DNA of 64,000 nucleotides, taken from assembly GCF_009914755.1 (NCBI RefSeq), contig NC_060928.1. One strand, given 5' to 3'. This document shows positions 1-18,148 of this stretch, in pieces. The notes beneath the pieces are model-generated. The model saw nothing but the letters and a program-made list of their open reading frames with translations. It was not told the origin of the DNA and ran no database searches. The position numbers and the translations under genes are program-made. Source of the DNA: the human T2T-CHM13v2.0 reference genome, Homo sapiens. Numbering within the stretch: position 1 is the stretch's first letter; each line of letters starts with the position of its first letter.

Positions 1-754
1 GTGGGTCTCCTCCCAGCTGAGAGCTGAACAGACATCTGCACAGTCTGCCCGTGGAAAGGAGCTACCCACTTCAGGTCTCCTGAGAGCTGTACTGTAGCTC
101 AATAAAGCACCTCTTTGCGTTGCTTACCCTCCAGTTGTCCATGTACCTCATTCTTCCTGGACACAGGACAAGAACTTGGGACCTGCTGAATGGTGGGAGT
201 GAAAGAGCTGTAACACAAACAGGGCTGAAATATGCCCCCCTGCTCACCACGTTGTGAACACAAGAAGGAGAGAAGGGAGAAGGAGAGAAGAGCTGTAGCC
301 CTACAGGGAGCCCAGACTTAGGAGCTCCCCAAGCCAGGGCTGTGATGCCCTCTTTGGGGCTCTGCATTTCCTGGCATCTCCAAGCTTCTGGGCACCACCA
401 AGTTCCCCAGTGGCCACAGTGGAAGCCACTTGCGGTATGCCTGGTCCAGACGCAGCCTTGGAGGGAGCCGGCGCTCGTGCCAGTGCCTGGAGCTGTTCAC
501 CCCGCCACAGCCAGGATGCCTAGCTGTGTGCAGTGGCCGGACCCCATGCTCGCTTGCTCACACAACCCTCATGGCTCTGTGCCTGGCTTGCCCTTGGCAG
601 GTTTGGGATCTGGACCAGTAGCACAAGCTGAGTGCAGCCTGCCAGGCCAAGTGAGCAGAATGAGCCATTCAGGCCCAAGCAAAATGCAGGTGAAGGTGCC
701 ACCAGCCACAGAAATTTCTGGTTGGTGAAGCAACACCCCAAGGATCCTGTGACA
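1..754 (+). mobile_element. ERV1 LTR, MER52-like (3' part)
   Basis: AATAAA at ~101, MER52-type body, ends ...caaggatcctgtgaca; family from recall. Confidence 0.7.
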
Positions 755-1862
755 GTGGGGCCACCATGGCAGTGCTGTGCACTCTTTGTAGATATTATTG
801 AGGCCAGGGAAAGTGAAGTTTGCTTCCCAGAGAAAGTGGCAAAGCTGGCATTTGGCCCTAGGTCAGTGAGGCTCCACTGTCCATTATCTTTCCTGAGAAC
901 CATTCATTCATTCATTCATTCAGCAGAGATTTGCTGAGCACCTTCTACATGCTAGGCACTGTTCTATGGACTGAAAACACATGTGTGAATAAAACATAAG
1001 TATTCCTACCCTCATTGGTTTGGCTGTTTGTGAGGGAGACAGTCAGTTTAAAAATCACCAAACTGATAAATATGGAGTTTGAGATGCTTAGTTTTGAGGA
1101 ATAATTTTCATGCAGTAAAATGTACTCTTTTAGTGTATAGCTCTCTGAATTCAGACAAACACATACAGTCATAGATAAACACCACCACTATAAAGATATA
1201 GATGGGTTCCATCACCCCCACAAAAGTTCCTCATTCCCAGTCCCTGGCAACCAGCAATTGATTTTCTACCCCTATGATTCTGCCTATTCCAGAAAGTCAT
1301 ATAAATGAGATCATATTGTATACAGCCTTTTGAATGTGGCTTTTTCACTTAGAATGATGTATTTGAGATTTACTCATGACGTGTGTATCAGTAGTCCCTT
1401 CCTGTTGCTGGATATACATACACGTGTTTATCTGTTCATCAGTTGAGGGGCACCTGAGTTGTTTACAGTTTTACATATTTATGAATAAAGCCATTATGGA
1501 CATTTGCATACAGGTTTTATATGAGCTTAAATTTCCATTTCTCTGGAATAATTACCTAGAAGTGAGATTGCTGGATCATTTGGTAAGAAACTGCCAAACT
1601 GGTTTCTAGAATGGCTGGACCTCTTTCCATTCCCACAAGCAGCGAATGAGAGACCCGGTTGTTCTGTGTCCTTGCCAGTACTTGGTATCGTCCCATCGTT
1701 GAGGTCATTAGGCATTCTAATAGGTCAGTCGTGATTTCAGTTTGCAAATCCCTGGTAACTAATGGTGTTGAGCATCTTTTTGCTTGCCTGTTTGCCATCC
1801 ATATATTTTCTGTGTGGAATATATGTTCAAATCATTTGCCTGTTAATTTATTGGATTATTTT

Positions 1863-2168
1863 GGCCGGGTGTGGTGGCTCATGCCTGTAATCTCAGCACT
1901 TAGGGAGGCTGAGTCAGGTAGGTCACTTGAGACCAGGATTTCAAGACCAGCCTGGCCAACATGGAGAAACCCTGTCTCTACTAAAAAATACAAAAAATTA
2001 ACTGGGTGTGGTGGTGTGCACCTGTAATCCCACTTACTCAGGAGTCTGAAGGCCAGGAGGCGGAGGTTGCAATGAGCCAAGATCGCATCACTGCACTCCA
2101 GCCTGTGCAACAGGGCGAGACTCCATCTAAACAAAAAAAAAAAAAAAAAAAAAAGGAAAAGAAAAAAA
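1863..2168 (+). mobile_element. Alu (S-type)
   Basis: ggccgggtgtggtggctcatgcc start, A-tail, TSD-like tggattattt on both sides. Confidence 0.95.
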
Positions 2169-2327
2169 CACTTACTGGATTATTTTATTTCATTTTGAGA
2201 GTTTTAAAATATATCCTGGATAGAATTCCTTTATCAGATATATATTCTAAAAATATTTTCTCCAAGTCAGTGGCTTGTCTTTCTATTATCTTAAAAGAGT
2301 CTTCTTAAATTCATTTTTATTTGTTTT

Positions 2328-2423
2328 ACTATTCAGGTGAAGCAGTGGGACTGCTAAAGGAACAAAGAAATCTGTTACCACTTGTGATCAATTAGTTATA
2401 AACACCACTATACTTAGACCAAT
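2328..2423 (-). pseudogene. Y3 RNA (RNY3-derived) retropseudogene
   Basis: Reverse complement reads ggtctaagtatagtggtgtttataactaattgatcacaa...acagatttctttgttcct...cccactgcttcac, colinear with hY3, followed by an A-rich tail. Confidence 0.88.
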
Positions 2424-3565
2424 TTAACAGTCTTTTTTAAAAGCTGAAGTTTTAAATTATGATGTCAACTATAAGGTTTTTGCAGTTCTTTATAAGGTGA
2501 AGAAGTTCCCTTCTACTTCCAATTTATTCGGTTTTTTAAAATCGTAAATGCATGTTGAATTTGGTCACATAGCATTTCTAAATCTGTCGAGATAATCCTG
2601 TGGTTTCTCTTCTATAGTCTGTTGAAATACTGCTGACTGACTTTGAAATGTTGAACCAGCCTTACCTTCCCAGAAGAAACCCTGTTTGATCATAACGTAG
2701 TATCTTTTACATATAATCCTTGAATCAATGTACTAATATCTTGTTCATAATATTTACATCTAGGTTCTTGAGGAATTTTTGTCTGTAGTTCTATTTTCTT
2801 GTAACAACTTGGTGTGGCTTTGGTATTAGAGTAATGCTGGCAACGTAGTTGAGAAGTGTTTCCTCCCCTTCTATTTTCTAAAAAAAATATGCCCAAGATT
2901 GGTATTATTTCTACACATATTTTGTAGAATTATGCAGTGAAGATATTTGGGCCTGGAGTTTTCTTTGAGGGAAAGTTTTTCACTGTGGATTCAATTTCTT
3001 TAACAGACATGGGACTATTCTGTTTATCTATTTCTTCAAGAACTAAGTAAATTTAAATAAGATTTGGTAGTTTATGTCTTTCAAGGAATTTCCCTAGTTC
3101 ATCTAACTTTTCAAATGTTAGGGCATACAGTTATGTGTAATATCCCCTTATTATCCTTTTAATGAGTGTAAATTCTGTAGTGATGTCCCCTCTTTCAGTC
3201 CTGAATTGGTAATTGATGTTTTCTCTCTGGTTTTCCTGGTCATTCAGAGTACAGGTTTATCAAATGTATTGATCTTTTTAAAGAACCAGTTTTTGCTTTA
3301 TTGATTTTCTCTATTATTTTTCTATTTTTTATTTTAATTTCTTCTCTCTTATCTCTTATGCCCTCCTTCTCTCTGCTTACTTTGAATTTAATTTATTCTT
3401 CTTATTCTAGTCTCTTAAGGTGGAAGTTTAGGTAATTTGAGACTTGTCTTATTTTCCTCCATAAGCATTTAATGCTATAAATTTTGTTTTAAGTCCAGCT
3501 TCAGCTGTATCCCACAAATTTAGATATATTGTGCTTTTAATTTCATTCAGTTAAAAACATTTCTA

Positions 3566-3924
<359 letters not shown>

Positions 3925-4379
3925 TCAGTTTAATTCTGTCATGATCAGAGAAAATATTTTGTATGACTTCTTTTCTAAAAACTGGTGAAGTTTAATTTAT
4001 GGTCTAGATATGATCTATCTTGGTTAATATTACATGCAAACTTGCAAAAATATGTATTGTCTTCTTTGGTCCTGTGTTCTATAAATGTCAATTAGGTCAA
4101 GTTATTTGATAACATTGCTCAGGTTTTGTATGTATTTTTGTTGATTTTTTGTCTACTTCTTATATCAATTACTAAGATGTAAGTGTTGGAATTCCCAGCT
4201 ATGATTGTAAATTTCTCTGTTTTTCCTTGCTTTTCATTTAGGATCATTACGTCTTCTTGATAAATTGCCCCATTTATCATTATATAATGTCATTCTTATT
4301 CCTTGTTCTAAAGTCTGCTTTGCCTGATATTAATACAGCCACTTCAGCTTTCCTTTGGTTAGTGTTTACATGACATATC

Positions 4380-4589
4380 CAGTGGTTTGCTGGTAAATGT
4401 CTAACAGCTAGTTCTCTGGTAAAGAATAAACAAATCCCCCTAATTTATAGATTTTGATTTCCATGATATAAGGACTCCACCATGGCTGATTTCAAGTTAG
4501 CAATGAGACATCATCAAACACAGAGTTGGGAAGAGATGCTAACAGTATGCTCTTGTGAGCCAGTATAACCCTACTCTAGTACATCGCTG
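4380..4589 (-). mobile_element. MER63A-like hAT DNA transposon
   Basis: Starts cagtggtttgctggtaaatgtctaaca, ends tagtacatcgctg (degenerate TIRs), ~210 bp. Confidence 0.75.
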
Positions 4590-7500
4590 ATAATATCTTT
4601 TTCTATCCTTTTATTTCTAACCTATCTCTTTGTCTTTATTTTTAAAGTACATTTCTTGTAGGCAATCTTTTAAATCCAGTCTAACAGTATCTGTCTTTTC
4701 ATTGATATTTAGACCACTTATATTTAATATAATTATTGAGGTAATTTTATTTAAATCTATCATCTTGCCTTTTCTTGTATTTGTTTCATTTGGTCTTTGT
4801 TCCTCTTTTTCTTCCTTATTTTGGATTAGTTGATCCTTACTTATGATTCCACTTTAACTTCTCCATTGGCTTAGTTTTTATACCTCTTTAAAAAACAATA
4901 TACATCTTCAATTAATCAGAAAATACCTTAAATCTGTTACAGCATGTGTAATCTTATAATATACCCAAATTCATTCTATTCATCTCTTTTTACTATAAAT
5001 ATATGTCATTGAATTTATTTTTGCTTCAAATAGTCAATTATATTTTGCAGTGGTTAAAAATAAAAAAAAACTTTGCATTTACCTTCTTTTTGCTATTTTC
5101 ATATTCTTTCTTTGTGTAGCTTCAATTTTCTAGCTGTTATTATATTCATTCTACCTGGAGGACTTCCTTTAACAATTTTGACTATTAAAATCTACTGGTA
5201 ATGAATTCTTTCTTTTTTTGGTTTGCTTATATAAGGAAAAGAATCTTTATTTCCTTATATTGTTACAAGATATTTTAACTGGATACAGAACTCTGGGTTA
5301 AGAGGGTGGTTTTTTTTTCCTTAGTCACTTAAATATTGCCACTCCATTGCTTCTTATTTGTAGTATTCCTGACAGCAAATCTGCTGTAATTCCTATCCCT
5401 GTTCCTCTGTAGGTAACATGCTTTTTTCCTTCAGCTGACTCCAAGATTTTCTCCCTCTTTTTGATTTTAGATATGATGTACCAAGGCATATTGGATTTGT
5501 TTTCTTTTTGATATTTACTCTGGTTGGTGTTTTCTGAGCTTTTTGGATATGTGGTTTGATTACTCATCATATTTAGAAAATTCTTGGTCATTATCTCTGC
5601 AAATATATATATTTTTGACCCATTCTCTCTCTACTCTGCTTCTGGGATTTCAAAACCCCAAGTGAGATGTTTGATATTTTCCCTCACAATATTTACATGC
5701 CCTCTTCTCCCCATCCCCCACCACACTGTTGTCTCTTAGTGTTTCACTTCAGGCAATTTCTTTTGACCTATCTTCAAGTCTATTGATAAACCTATTGGAA
5801 GCATTCTTTATCTCTGGCACTATGTTTTTGCATTTGTTTGTTTTTAGCATTTCCATCTGCTTTTATAGTTTCTGTCTTTCTATTGAAATCCCCGTCTGTT
5901 AACGCATGCTGTCCGCCTTTCCACTAAAGCCTTTGAAATGTTTTAAATTCCTTGTTTGTTAGGTCTGACATCTAGTTCATATCTGAGTATGATTCTGTTA
6001 ATTTCTTTGTCTCTTCACAATGAGTTTTTGTTTTTTTGTCCTGTGTCTGATAATTTTTTATTAAAATCTTTGCATGATGTAAAGGAAAATGTTTATGCCT
6101 GGAAATGGACATGTTTCTTTTACTACTATGCTTTTAGTTTTCTTTGGAGGAGGAGGTAGCATTGAGTCAATCTAATTAGTAGTTGAGCTTGACTTGAGTT
6201 TTGTTGTTCTGTGGTTATTTTCAAAATACCAGCTTTAGAGTTGGGTTTTAGTGTGGTTACCAAAGTGTTTTCCTCAATGTTCCTGTTCCACCTTTGACTT
6301 AGGGTTTCTCTGTGAATCTGTGCCTTAAATAGGGTCTCTCTCTGTGCTCCTGTTCTCTAGCAATAGGCTTCTGTTTCTAGTTCCTTGACACTTGCTGATG
6401 TGGCAGAGGGTGGGGAGAGTAAATGTTTTCTGCTGCTTTGGTTCAACCTGTCTTAGGTAGGCTCTGTGTCAATGGGTCTTGGGGATCTTAGGGGTGATCC
6501 TATCTTTCTCCCAGCAATAGGAAACCACTAATGGTCTGATCCCAGGATCATGGTAGGGAAATGAAACTGCATTTGCTAAGGCCCTGAGGCAAAAGAAGCT
6601 TGGCCCATGGAACCAAAAGAAAACTAGTGTGACCTGAGCAAAGTCAGCAAGAAAGATAAACCTTGAGAAGTGTGTAGGGCCAGATCATGTATTACCTGTG
6701 TGCTACATTATAGCTTTTGGTTTTTTATAGCAAGTTCAATGGAAAATTCTAAATAACATTAATTGCCTTGGATAAATAGAGAATTTGGAATCCTTTAAGA
6801 GAGTGGTACTGGATAAACTAACTTTTCTGTCATCCCATACGCTATTTAGAAGTTCATCTCAAGTTTCACATATTGACTGTAAAATGCACTGATTCTAATT
6901 CTGTGCTTCCAGTTAGAACATCATTTCTCCATGAAAACTTCCAAAAGTCCTTTTTTTTTTTATTTACTAGTTGAATTGAACACATTTAACATGAAGTAGC
7001 TTTCTGATACTGGTGCATCATTTATTTCTGCCCTTTATCAGAGCTTACGTATTTACTCATTAGCCAATTAAACATTGTTTCCTCTCCTTCTTCCTATGCA
7101 TAACTCTGAAATACTAATGGTCAACAGCTGAGCGGTTTCTTGCATACTTTAGTGAAATGAGCTTTCTATTGCTAGCAATGCTACTAGCATCTCCCCAAAA
7201 AGAGAAATTATCAGACTGATGCAGTGGTTTCATGTTATCTCAAATTAATATGTAAGCGTGTGACACCTGAGTTCATTTGACTAGCCAAGAGCCAAAGAAA
7301 TATAAATTACCCCCCAAAGGATTAAGAGAGAGGCCAGGCATGCTACTTATCTCTTCTTTCCACAGCTTCTTGGCACACTTTAATGCAATGAATTATGACA
7401 GAGCTCTTGAATCATTACCTTGATGAGTTGGGCTTCCATTTATGCATTCATTTCATTGTCCATTCAGTAATAATGAATTACTGTAACAAAAACTAGCTTA

Positions 7501-9872
7501 CATCTGTTGAGAACTTACTTTGTGTCAATCTCTGAAGTAAATGCGTCAATAAGTTGTCTCATTATGGGGTAAGGGCTAGTATTATTCCATGGAATCTGAA
7601 ACTCAAAAGTTAAATGCTTGCCCAGTGACAAACAGCCAGCAAAGGTAGCCGTTGAGATTCAAAGCCAGAACTCTGTGACTTAAGTTCTTTGCCACTATGA
7701 TGCATTAAGCATCTACTTCTAGATCAACTACATGCTAATCCCTTTGAATCTGGAGCTGACTTAGTCATGTTTCTGCCTTCAGAGAGCTACCCAGTGGGGG
7801 AGATGGACATGTAACTATTAATTAAAATATAGCATGATAAGGAACTAGCAAAGGTTTGGTAAGAATCTAGACCGTAGATCGATGTATTAATAGTTTGCCA
7901 AGAGAGAGGGTAAGATGGGAAACAGGAATAGCAAGGAACTTGATGAACATTCCATGGTGAAATGTGGTCTGAGTCTTGAAGTATGAATAGGAGTTCATGA
8001 ATAGGAGTTCATGAATATGAATATGAAAAGCAGGGTAAAGTCATTGATGATTCAAAATATAGTATATCCTATTCTTTGAACCTGGCACAATGGGTGTAAT
8101 AAGAATAGTGGCCAAATATGATGGTGCCTGGGGCCTGTTTTTAGGAAGTTTTCATGCTAAAAAGCTTGAACTTCATTCATAGTAAATAGCAAACTTGGAA
8201 TGATTTTGAGCAAGTAGTTTGAACATGTGAATAATAACAATAATACTAGATACCATTTATTGAGCACTTACTATGTGCTTAATCAAGATATACATAGCCG
8301 TTTTCTCTTCACAATAAGATTTTGTAGCAGACATTGTTATTCCTTCTTACAGATGAGTAAACTGAGGTACATATAAGAGGTTAAGCAGCTTCCCCAAGGT
8401 CATTGTGCCAGTAAGCATGGGAGCTGAGGTTCAGTTGCAGGCCTGAGTAATTACCACTTTCATAACCCCTTTGTTTCACTGATTCTACTACTTACAAGTC
8501 TCTCAGGGGCAGCTGGAGTTGGGATTAAAGAGCCCCAGGCTGGAGACAGGCAAGTGGTTGAGGGAGCAAAAATGAGACCAGACAGAGATGAAAAAGGACC
8601 AGAGTAGAGGATAGAAAGGAGGATAGAGAGGAAGTTTCTGGAAGGGAAAATAAGTCTTGGTGACCAATCAAATGGTCAAATACAAAGGCGGAAAGAGTCC
8701 TAGAGTCGAAGTTGACTCCCAGGTTTCTGACTGTGCTGCTGAAAAGACCCTTGCGGCTGAGACTGAGAACCCAGGAGAAGGGGCAGTTTGAAAGCTTGCT
8801 TCAGACAGGTTGAGTTGTGCCCATGGGACCTGTAGGTGTAAGTGTCCGGTGGGTGTTAGCTACCCAGATCTGGCCATCCTGCCAGCCAGGATGTGGAAAC
8901 TGGAGACATGGTCTTGCCTTGAAGAAAGTATCAGTGGGTAGGAGACTTGGGTTCTAGTCCCAGCTGGGCCAGAAGTCATTTAACTCCTCCATTCGGACTT
9001 GGCTTCCTTGTCTATAACATTTAAGGGAGGAAGGAAATTACCTTGAAGGCCCCCTCTAGGCCAAAATTTAGTAATTCTGTGTTCCCAGTCAAGAAGAGAG
9101 CAAACACCTGTGGAAACAGATCCTGGAAGGCTGTCAGCTCGCAGGCTAGATGTTGAATAGCATTTCACACTCCACTGCAAATATCAAAACCTTCAGCAAT
9201 ATTCACAGAGCTCACTGCAGCAGGCTAATAATTATACTTCAGGAGGTGATTGTATGCTTTCCATATTTTTAGTCTAATGAGGGAGTAAACTCTGTGTGGT
9301 TAGTGAGGGGGCAAATCCCACCACATGCACATCTACATTTCTGAGGGAAAGAAAGGCGATGTCTCATTTCACGCCCCATGTTCCTGCTTTTCTGGAAGGC
9401 CCGTTATATGATGCCCTAATGCTCCTTGGCATCAAAACTCACTTTTCATTTCAAACTTTCATTGGCGGAATTGCTCAACCACTGGTAGAGATGGTTAGCA
9501 GTAGGTGAGGCTGATCTTTCCAGGCCATTGCAGGGCAGCCAGAGTTCCCTGGTGCCCAGTGTCCGCCCAGTGTATTTTGGACTCACAAGAATCCATAAAG
9601 CATGCACCATGCACCCCATGCAGTGAAAGACAATGGGCAAGAAAGCAGGCACTGTCAGGGAATGTGAATCAAGATCCAGTTTCAAGAGGATTTTATATCA
9701 TTTTTATTAATAGCAAAACCATATTTATTATCCTTCTTTTATCTACTAATTCAATTGGAACCAAAACTAATAGATGACTAATTCAATTGCAACCAAAACT
9801 AAGAGTGTTTATGAACGTCAGGAAATTTTGGAATATAAAACATAGAGAGTATATGCTATATGTGTGCATGTA

Positions 9873-9912
<40 letters not shown>
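9873..9912. repeat. Compound (TG)n(TA)n microsatellite
   Basis: Directly visible. Confidence 0.95.
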
Positions 9913-9913
<1 letters not shown>

Positions 9914-11726
9914 GATTTTTATATTCAGCATGTTTATAAAGATGGCATAATTGCTGGAAAATGTATGGCCTTTGAAGGAGACAGAACTAGGTTGTCATCA
10001 TTCTGGTTGATCTTGGGGAATGGAACTGGGTTCAAATAAGCCTTAGTAGCTGTGTCACCTCAGATGTGGTACCCACTCTCTCCAAGCCTTTGCTTCCCGA
10101 AATGGAGGTAGTACCCACCTGACAAGGTCCTTGTGAGATAACACATAGACACTCATGAGATAACACATAGACACTGAGCACAGTCCCTAGCATCTAGAAG
10201 TGCTCTCTAAACATTAGCTTTTCCAAGACATGAATAGCATATGTAAAGAATTAAGAAGAGCTTCTGGCACACAGTAGACTCAATAAATGGCCCCCCTAAG
10301 ATCGCAACTATTGGCATTGTCAGTAAAGCCACTATTCGTAATAATAGTGGAACAGCTGTATTGAGCCCTGGCCTTAAAGTTATAAGACTGACATTCTGGT
10401 CTGGGCTCCTTCACTCATCTCCATGGCCCTGAACATAGCCCCTAATCTCTGTGGGCCTCAGCTTCTTCATCCATGGCCTATGGTGCTTCAAGGATGGGAA
10501 GACTGACATGTGGAGGCATCTGTTCCCCACAAAGCCCTGCACGAATGCTGTGGACATGATGGCAGTTACAGTTGGCATTTCCAATGGCTGATAAATAGAT
10601 TCAGGGTTGGCCATTCCCCTTACCAAAACATTGGAAGAAGCTTTAGTTGTTGTTGTTGTTTCATGGAAGGCCTTGGGGAATTGTATTCATTTATAATCTA
10701 AGCAGGTGTAACTGGTCTTTGGACCCTGGACTACCTTTCTGGGCATAACCACAGCCTACCACGATTATCTGCTTGATCTGTTGTTTGCTGTCCCGGTGAG
10801 CCAGGGCTGCCCCTAGAGCTGCCTTTATCACACACGTGCCCCAGGGGGTCCTCAGTCCCAGCCTTTTCTGTGTCGTCCCAGAGCAACTCGCTCCTTCCTC
10901 TGCAAGAATCCTGAGCAGCTAGCTCAAAGCCCATGCTATAAAGATGAATCAGTACTCTTAAAACAAGACTTTGCACAGAGCAGATGCTCCTTAAAGATTA
11001 ACTGTTTTAATTAGCAGGATGTAAAGAGCTTAGACAGTGCTTGGCACACAACAAGGGCAATAGAAGTGTTTGCTATTTTTATTATGACTGTTTATTTATT
11101 TAGTCAGTTAACAAATTTTTCCTGCATATCTTCTTGGTACCAGGCAGGGGATGAGGCACCAGAGAGAACACAACACTCTCTGCCCTCAAGGAGCTTGGAG
11201 TCAAGAGAAAAGGGAGACAACTAAGCAAAAATGCATGAGGAGATGAAGAGCATGGGGGAAATGAGGAAGCCCCTGTCTAGCCTGGGCAGGAGGGAGATGG
11301 TAAGGAAGTGATAATAGCAGAGGCCTATTCTGAGGAGTCCACTGTACCTGTGAAGAGCCTTGTCTGGCACATGGTAGGTTCCTGGAGGACGAAACCCTAG
11401 GGCTGCACCTTCTGTGAGTTGGGAAAGAGTGTCAGGAACAGAGACAGAGACAGGGTGTTCCAGGAACAGCACGCAGCATGGAGCCAGGGTGGCCATGGGC
11501 AAGCAGGGCGGCACAAGACAGCTTGGGGCCTCAGTGCTGGGCCGTGGATTTGAACTGCCCTCTGGGCCAGACTGGTCCCCAGCCCTAGTACCTTGTGTTC
11601 CACCAAAAATTAAAAATAGGAAAGATTCCAGGATCAAGTCAAATACATTTCCAAGCCATGCCTGCTACTGAGTTGGGCCCCTGTGAACATCACCAAAGCA
11701 CATCAGCACACGAAAGGCTCTGAGGA

Positions 11727-13368
11727 TGATGGTAGAACACAGCAATATTGATGTCATAATCCCTATGCCACCAAAATGATGTCATTGGCTGCTCAGAATC
11801 CCAGCACTTAGATGCGAGAGAACTACACAGGTTTAGAGCTGAAAGGACATGGATCCAGTGGCATTGCAAGGAACACAGTTTATGAAACAGCCACCGTGAT
11901 GGGAAGATCTTTTAGCAGGGAATACCATCATCTGTGGCATGTCAGAAAACTGACTCTCTGGTCAGCAGTGAGAAGGACAGATTGGAGGTCTCTCTGGGTC
12001 CAGAGGCCCAGCTGGGAAGCTATGCTGCTCCTAGGGGACTAGAAGGGAAAACAAGCATCAGAACATGAGCAGCATGTGAGCAAAGCTGAGGAAGGGAGGG
12101 TACACGCGCTATTAGGAGTTAGAATCACGCAGAATTGGCAGCTGAATATCACTGTGACAGTCATGGGAATTCCCTGAACCTAGGAGTCAGAACCAAGAAT
12201 TCTAGACTTGACCTCAGGGGTACTACTGGGTGGTTGAGGCAAGCTACTCTTCCTCCTCAGGCCCAGTGTCCAATTCTAATAAGGAGGTGTGGAGAACACG
12301 ATGAGTTTCAAGGGACCCTTCAGCCCTGCGATGTTGACATCTCGAGATGCTGTGAGCTGTTTCCACCTCTGTTGCAAACATCAGTGAGCCAGACAAGCCC
12401 TATGGCATCAGGGTGAAAGAGCCAGTCCACACATTTATTAAGTGCCTTCTGTATACTGGGCTGAGCACCAGGTCCTGGGAGGGAAGGAAGGAGGGTGGAA
12501 GGGTGCACCAGGGCACCAATCCCCAGATAACTCAATTACTCCTGGCGGTTGCCCAGTACACGGGAAAGGACCCTGGAGTCAGAAAACCAAGAGGTGCTAA
12601 TCCCAGCTCTGCTGTGCTAACTGGGTGACCTTGGCAAGTTCCTTACCCCTTGTATTCATTTATTGTGTCTGCAAAACAAATTACTACGAACTGAGTGGCC
12701 TGAAACAATAGAAGTTCATTTTCCCACAGTTGTGGAGGCTGAAAGTCCAATATCAAGGGGCCAGCAGGGCCATGTGCCCTCAGAAGCCACGGGAGGATTC
12801 TTTCTGCCTCTTTCAGCTTCCAGTAGCTCCAGGCGTTCCTTGGCTTGTGGCCGCATTGCCCTGATCTGCCTTTGTCTTCACATGGCCGTCTTCTCTGTGT
12901 CTCAGATCTTTCCTTTCTCTTATAAAGACATCAGTTGTTGGATTTAGGGCCCAATCTAAATCCAGGATGATTTTATCTTGAGATACTTGATTACATTTAC
13001 AAAGACCTTATTTTCAAATATGGCCCTATTCACAGGTCCCAGGAGTTAGGACTTGAACATAGCTTTTAGGGGGCAATGATTCGGCCCACTACATCTCCAA
13101 ATGCCTCTGCCTCCTCATCAGAAAAATGAAGATCATAGTAGCATTTATCCTGTTGGGTGGTTGGGAGAATTAAAGAGGTAATATAGTCCTTAACATGGCA
13201 CCTGACAAATCACGGTTGCTATTGTTCAGATATGTGGTTCACACCTGTCCTTCCAGCTCTAAACCTGTGTAGTTCTCTCACGTCTAAGTGCTGGGATTCT
13301 GAACAGCCAATGACATCATTTTGGTGGCATAGGGATTATGATATCAATATTGTTGTGTTCTACCATCA
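11727..13368. repeat. Inverted repeat pair, 123-bp arms (11727-11849 and 13246-13368)
   Basis: Manual alignment gives 117/123 identity with no gaps. Confidence 0.92.
12651..13093 (-). mobile_element. MLT1-type MaLR LTR inserted in a MIR
   Basis: tgtatt...actaca termini and typical MLT1 body. Confidence 0.8.
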
Positions 13369-14259
13369 GCTCCAAGTGTGTGGGGGAGGAGGGAATGTCA
13401 CCTTCTCTAGGACTGCAGACATTTGTCGCTTGTCTGATCATGACAGCCAGGACAGGATCACTCTGCTGCTGCTTCTACCCTGAGTTCTGAATGGACTTGG
13501 GGCTGCCAGGCATGACAAGGATTGATGGGGAACACCTCGGCACACACAGCCATTCTGCACTGCTGGGTGCACCCTGCGCTATTGGAGCTTGTGGGCTGGC
13601 CCAGCATGAAGGGACTCCTTTTCTCTCAAGCCCTCAGGACTGAGAAGAGGAACAGGCACACACTCTGGTGCAGGGAAGGAAGTCCCTGTAGGCTGAAGCC
13701 CAGCTTCGGGCTCAGTGGTGGGATCCAGGTGGGATTCGGAATAGCACAGATCAGTGCCCAGCATGTACTAGGAAAGCATTAAATATTCACTCATCTGATG
13801 CTTAATGAACAAGTGTGATCACTGACTTTGGAGTCAGGATGATCTATCACCGATAGGAAGAGGCAGACAAAAAGATGCTGAAAATACAAAACACACAGAA
13901 TTTGGAGACTGATCGTTCATGAGGCTGAGGAGGATGTCATTTAGGAGGGTTCCCAGATTTCTGGTTTGGGTAACTGATGGACGATGGGGAGGCCAAGCAT
14001 GGCAGAGGAAGCGGAGGTTGGAGTGATTTGACTTTTTTTGTTTTTGTTTTTGTTTTTATACTTTAAGTTTTAGGGTACATGTGCACATTGTGCAGGTTAG
14101 TTACATATGTATACATGTGCCATGCTGGTGCGCTGCACCCACTAACTCGTCATCTAGCATTGGGTATATCTCCCGATGCTATCCCTCCTCCCTCCCCACA
14201 CCCCACAACAGTTCCCAGAGTATGATATTCCCCTTCCTGTGTCCATGTGATCTCATTGT

Positions 14260-18100
<3,841 letters not shown>

Positions 18101-18148
18101 TTATTTTGCTCGTTAGTTGATGCAGTTTCTTCCTAGTCTTGATGGTCT

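Noticed and set aside
1659-2308. ORFs with Alu-type peptides (also many elsewhere in the window)
   Set aside because: Alu-derived open frames with no evidence of coding.
10134-10175. 22-bp tandem duplication (similar ones at ~7983-8015, 33704-33740, ~45700-45761)
   Set aside because: Two-copy slippage duplications without spacers; not CRISPR-like and individually unremarkable.
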